From assembly GCA_041485425.1 (NCBI GenBank), contig JBGPJK010000001.1:1-46262 (forward strand): DNA of 46,262 bases, in the 5' to 3' direction. Shown here in pieces: positions 42,778 through 46,262 of the stretch. Numbering within the stretch: position 1 is the first letter of the stretch; each line of letters begins with the position of its first letter. Under the pieces are notes generated by a model that worked only from the letters and a program-made list of their open reading frames with translations, did not search any database and was not told the origin of the DNA. This DNA comes from Terriglobia bacterium. Lineage in GTDB: Bacteria > Acidobacteriota > Terriglobia > Terriglobales > Acidobacteriaceae. The position numbers and the translations under genes were made by a program.

Positions 42778-44592
42778 ATGGTGAAACTTCGGATGCGGAC
42801 CAAGTTCCTGCTCTCCATGCTGCTCATCTCCGCCGGACTCACCTCCACCAGCCTTCTCCTGGTTCGCCGCAGTGTCCAGGCACAAGTCAAGAGCGGAATT
42901 TTCGCCGACCTGCATAACTCCGTCACCACCTTCCAGAACTTCCAGCGAGAACGCGAACTCGCGCTCACTCACGCTGCGGAGCTGCTGGCGGACCTGCCCA
43001 ACCTGCGCGCCCTGATGACCACCCAGGACGAAGCCACCATCCAGGACGCCTCCAACGACCTGTGGCGCCTGGCAGGCACCGACCTTTTCCTGCTGGCCGA
43101 CCGCACGGGACGAGTGGTGGCGCTGCATACCGCATCGCCCGGTTTTACCCGCGCCATGGCCCAGGATGCGCTCGGCACTTCCCTGAACCAGGAGGGGCCA
43201 GGCCACTGGTGGTTCGGCGCCAATCATCTCTACGAAGGTTTTCTCAAGCCCATCTATTTTGGTCCCGCCAGGGACAACCGCCTGCTGGGATTTTTGGTCA
43301 TTGGCTATGAAATCAACGACAATGTTGCCTCGCAGGTGAGCCGCATTGCCGCCAGCCAGGTTGCCTTCTACTACGGCGACACCATCGTCAGCAGCACTCT
43401 TACCCCGGCCAACGAGGCGGAACTTTCGCGACTGCGAGCGGTTCGCTCCGCTCCCGGAGTCGCTGAGCCCGAGGAGGTGCAATTGGGCGACGAGCGTTTC
43501 CTCGGCGCCTCGCTGGAACTGGCTTCGGAAAACACGCCTTCCGTCCGCTTAAGCGTCCTCAAATCCTACGATCAGGCAACCGCCTTCCTCGACAGTCTGA
43601 ATCGCCTGCTGTTGGCGCTGGGGCTGGCCGCCGTGGTGGGAGGAAGTGTGCTGGTGTTCCTTATTTCGCACACCTTTACTCGTCCTCTGGGAAATCTGGT
43701 GGCGGGGGTGCGCGCCCTGGAAACTGGGGATTTTGATTATGCTCTGGATGCCCGCGGCGGCGACGAAGTGGCGGAGGTCACGGCAGCCTTCGATCGAATG
43801 CGCAACAGCCTGCTGAAAACCCAGCAGGAGTTGCTGGAAGCAGAACGGCTGGCCACCATCGGACGCATGGCCAGCTCCATCTCGCATGATTTGCGCCATT
43901 CCCTCGCCGCCATCGTGGCCAATGCGGAATTCCTCTGCGAAAGCCGGTTGTCCTCCGAGCAGCGCGAAGATCTCTACCACGAGGTCCGAGTCGCCGTGAA
44001 CCAGATGACCGACTTGATCGACTCTCTGCTGGAGTTCTCGCGCACCCGGGAATCCCTGCGGCCCACCTATGGCAGCGTCAAGGAAACCGTGGAGCACGTG
44101 GTCCAGACCATTCGTTCGCATCCCGAATTCCATGGCGTGCGGATTGCCGTCAATCAAACCGGCAACAGCGTCGGCTGGTTCGACCCCAGGAAGCTGGAGC
44201 GCGCTCTTTACAACCTCCTGCTGAACGCCTGCGAGGCGGTCACCGGAGATGCGGGGCGCATTGACATCGATTTATGCGAGGTTCCGAACGGGGTGGAAGT
44301 TCGCGTCGCCGACAACGGCCGTGGCATTCCCGAATCTATCCAGGGCAAGCTCTTTGAACCCTTTGTCAGCTATGGCAAGGAGAACGGCACCGGCTTGGGC
44401 CTGACCGTAGTACAGAAGATTGTTCAGGATCATGGCGGTGACGTCGCGGTGGAGAAAACGTCCAAAGAAGGGACCGTCTTTCGCCTGGTGCTTCCTCTCG
44501 CCTCATCCTCCAGCAGCGTCCCCTGGGGTCGCAGGGAGGGGAACCCGGGGCCGCCACCGCTGGCTAAGATAAAGCGCGCGCAATCGGAGTAG
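42778..44592 (+). CDS. sensor histidine kinase (periplasmic sensor, HAMP, HisKA, HATPase_c)
   Basis: The ATG at 42778 is preceded by AAGGAG. TM1, a ~270-aa extracytoplasmic domain, TM2, then a HAMP (RPLGNLVAGVRALETGDFDY...VTAAFDRM). H-box SSISHDLRHSL, N-box LYNLLLNACEA, G-boxes DNGRGI and GTGLGL. Confidence 0.88.
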   Translation: MVKLRMRTKFLLSMLLISAGLTSTSLLLVRRSVQAQVKSGIFADLHNSVTTFQNFQRERELALTHAAELLADLPNLRALMTTQDEATIQDASNDLWRLAGTDLFLLADRTGRVVALHTASPGFTRAMAQDALGTSLNQEGPGHWWFGANHLYEGFLKPIYFGPARDNRLLGFLVIGYEINDNVASQVSRIAASQVAFYYGDTIVSSTLTPANEAELSRLRAVRSAPGVAEPEEVQLGDERFLGASLELASENTPSVRLSVLKSYDQATAFLDSLNRLLLALGLAAVVGGSVLVFLISHTFTRPLGNLVAGVRALETGDFDYALDARGGDEVAEVTAAFDRMRNSLLKTQQELLEAERLATIGRMASSISHDLRHSLAAIVANAEFLCESRLSSEQREDLYHEVRVAVNQMTDLIDSLLEFSRTRESLRPTYGSVKETVEHVVQTIRSHPEFHGVRIAVNQTGNSVGWFDPRKLERALYNLLLNACEAVTGDAGRIDIDLCEVPNGVEVRVADNGRGIPESIQGKLFEPFVSYGKENGTGLGLTVVQKIVQDHGGDVAVEKTSKEGTVFRLVLPLASSSSSVPWGRREGNPGPPPLAKIKRAQSE

Positions 44593-44693
44593 GATTCCCA
44601 CATTACGGCCGGGGCCCGGCCGGTCTGCGAAGCAAGGGCTGATGGCAGCGGCATCATTGGGGTTACTTCCAAGTCTTCTTCGGGAGGCGAATT

Positions 44694-46262
44694 GTGAAGC
44701 AGGGGAATACTTTGTCTGGTTGCATTCGCGCATCCGGTACGCTGGGATTGCTTCTGCTGGCCCTCAGTGTTTCCGCATGGACACAACAAGCCAGCCCGCC
44801 GCCAGCCTCTCAGGAAGACTCCATGGCTGCCGCCGTCCACGATTTGCAGCAGCAGGTCCGCGAACTGCGCGCCGCGGTGGTGGAAATGCGCGCGGAAGCT
44901 GCCCAGTATCGGGCCGAGACCTCGGAACTGCGGCGTCAGCTTCAGGCCACGCGCGGCCAGTCGGTGGCATCCACCGCGCCGCTACCGCAATCGGGTTCCT
45001 ATGGGATATCTCCTGCGCCCACGGCCGATCCAGCGCCCGTCGGCTCTAATTCGAAGCCCGCCCAGGATTCGAAAACGGCGTCATCCGGATCGCTGGAAGA
45101 CCGCGTCGCCTCACTCGAAGATTCGGCCGAACTCCTGAGCGACAAAGTGGATGACCAGTACCAGACTAAAGTCGAAAGCGCGTCCAAGTACAAAGTGCGG
45201 TTTTCCGGCATCGTGTTGCTGAATCTTTTCAGCAATCGCGGCGTAACCGACAACCAGGACGTCCCCAATTGGGCGAACCCACCGGCGCCGTTCGACCCAA
45301 AGGGCAATTTCGGAGCGACCTTGCGGCAGTCCGAACTCGGGCTGGAAGTATTCGGTCCGCGTCTGGCCGGCGCCAAGACCAGCGGCAATGTGCAGTTCGA
45401 CTTCTCCGGCGGATTCCCCAGCACGCAGAACGGGGTCAATTTTGGGATCACCCGGCTGCGCATCGCCAGCATGCGGCTGGACTGGGATCACACTTCCATC
45501 GTCGCCGGACAGGACGACCTGTTCCTGTCCCCACTCTCCCCGACTTCGTTCGCGTCGCTGGCCATCCCCCAGTTCGCTTACGCAGGCAACCTCTGGGGCT
45601 GGATTCCCCAGGTCCGAGTCGAGCATCGCTTCGATCTTTCCAGCGGGCAGAACATCACCCTGCAGGCGGGCATACTTGATAATCTGACGGGAGAGCAGCC
45701 CTACAACCAGTTTCTCCGCAGCCCGCAGGCCGGCGAAAGCTCCAGCCAGCCGGGCTTTGGAGCGCGGGTGGCTTGGACGCGAAGCCTCCTTGGCCGTCCT
45801 TTGACTTTGGGGGCGGCGGGCTACTACAGCCGTCAGGATTGGGGTTTCAATCGCCATGTCGACGGCTGGTCGGGCATGACGGACTGGCTGATTCCGCTCC
45901 TTCCCCGCGTCACTTTGTCCGGAGAGTTTTATCGAGGAACTGCCGTGGGCGGTCTGGGTGGGGGAATTGGCCGAAGTGTCTTGTTTAGCGGAGATCCTAC
46001 ACTGCCAAGTACGCAGTTGCGCGCGCTTGATTCCATCGGAGGATGGTCGCAGGTGAAAGTGAAGGCCACTTCGAAGTTGGAGTTCAACGCTGCTTACGGC
46101 ATGGATAGTCCGTTCGCCGAAGACGTTAGGCCCTTTTCTGGTGAGCAGAATTATTTCGGCTTGCTGTCGCAGAATCGCGGCATCATGGCGAACTTCATCT
46201 ACCGGCCCCGCTCGAACCTGCTGTTTTCGACGGAGTACCGGCACCTGAAGACCTACGCCATC
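44694..46262 (+). CDS. outer-membrane beta-barrel porin-like protein with N-terminal coiled coil, 5' partial (continues right of window)
   Basis: It is not in the ORF track because there is no stop inside the window. I translated it by hand. The GTG at 44694 has GGGAGG 6 nt upstream. The frame stays open for 523 codons to the window edge. It has a signal peptide (GTLGLLLLALSVSAWTQQ) and a coiled coil (VHDLQQQVRELRAAVVEMRAEAAQYRAETSELRRQLQ). Aromatic/Gly-rich alternating beta-strand-like sequence follows (KYKVRFSGIVLLNLF..., NLLFSTEYRHLKTYAI). Confidence 0.75.
   Translation, partial: MKQGNTLSGCIRASGTLGLLLLALSVSAWTQQASPPPASQEDSMAAAVHDLQQQVRELRAAVVEMRAEAAQYRAETSELRRQLQATRGQSVASTAPLPQSGSYGISPAPTADPAPVGSNSKPAQDSKTASSGSLEDRVASLEDSAELLSDKVDDQYQTKVESASKYKVRFSGIVLLNLFSNRGVTDNQDVPNWANPPAPFDPKGNFGATLRQSELGLEVFGPRLAGAKTSGNVQFDFSGGFPSTQNGVNFGITRLRIASMRLDWDHTSIVAGQDDLFLSPLSPTSFASLAIPQFAYAGNLWGWIPQVRVEHRFDLSSGQNITLQAGILDNLTGEQPYNQFLRSPQAGESSSQPGFGARVAWTRSLLGRPLTLGAAGYYSRQDWGFNRHVDGWSGMTDWLIPLLPRVTLSGEFYRGTAVGGLGGGIGRSVLFSGDPTLPSTQLRALDSIGGWSQVKVKATSKLEFNAAYGMDSPFAEDVRPFSGEQNYFGLLSQNRGIMANFIYRPRSNLLFSTEYRHLKTYAI

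Noticed and set aside
44606-44620. A GC-rich palindrome, GGCCGGGGCCCGGCC, after the second histidine kinase, considered as a possible terminator.
   Set aside because: The stem has essentially no loop, and no T-run follows. At best it is a weak structure.
45111-46244. A 377-aa ORF on the minus strand at the right edge.
   Set aside because: The plus-strand frame starting at 44694 has an SD, a signal peptide and barrel-like sequence, and stays open to the window edge. The minus-strand product looks like antisense noise.
1-46262. Other TGGCAC/TGGCAT hits as sigma-54 promoters (for example near 107, 1156, 2896, 6648, 12177, 14754, 15894, 26052, 39474, 41871 and 42489).
   Set aside because: None has a GC dinucleotide in a TTGC-like context exactly 5 nt downstream. 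Most lie inside coding regions.
1-46262. The window as a mobile or accessory island, or a phage-defence locus.
   Set aside because: I saw no integrase, transposase, tRNA attachment site, flanking direct repeats or recognisable defence genes (restriction, Cas, toxin-antitoxin, abortive infection). Apart from the 15345-15934 intergenic region, I noticed no obvious shift in GC content.

Overview
This is a GC-rich, gene-dense bacterial chromosomal segment. It is most likely from an Acidobacteriota (Terriglobia-like) genome, judged from six ADOP-type duplicated FtsX/MacB permeases. All family calls come from reading motifs in the translations, not from database searches. I saw no rRNA, tRNA, CRISPR array, transposase or integrase.

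Layout from left to right:
- (1) A partial TPR gene, then a SagB/ThcOx-type double nitroreductase on the minus strand.
- (2) A CHASE2-sensor class III nucleotidyl cyclase, translationally coupled to a secreted DUF928-like protein.
- (3) A BlaI-family repressor, an M56 (BlaR1-like) membrane metalloprotease and an HtrA/DegP protease. The same 7-4-7 inverted repeat sits in front of both blaI and htrA.
- (4) A minus-strand block: MFS transporter, two small membrane proteins, an ECF sigma factor with a Cys-rich tail, and a [2Fe-2S] ferredoxin-methyltransferase fusion. A secreted beta-propeller lactonase-like gene with a clean terminator follows.
- (5) The dominant feature is a ~22.4 kb, tightly packed plus-strand operon (15966-38362). 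Its order is HlyD/MacA-type adaptor, ABC ATPase, four ADOP permeases, a second ABC ATPase, two more ADOP permeases, TolC-family duct, sigma-54 enhancer-binding response regulator and HAMP/PAS histidine kinase. An exact sigma-54 -24/-12 consensus (TGGCAC-N5-TTGC) precedes it.
- (6) A complete pqqABCDE operon, including a 25-aa pqqA that is absent from the ORF track.
- (7) An OmpR-type response regulator with its kinase, then a porin-like outer-membrane gene. That gene runs off the right edge and is also absent from the ORF track.

The best candidate for an undescribed system is the sigma-54-controlled, self-regulated tripartite exporter with six alternative duplicated permeases sharing two ATPases. 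The many long antisense ORFs in the track are GC-driven shadow ORFs.
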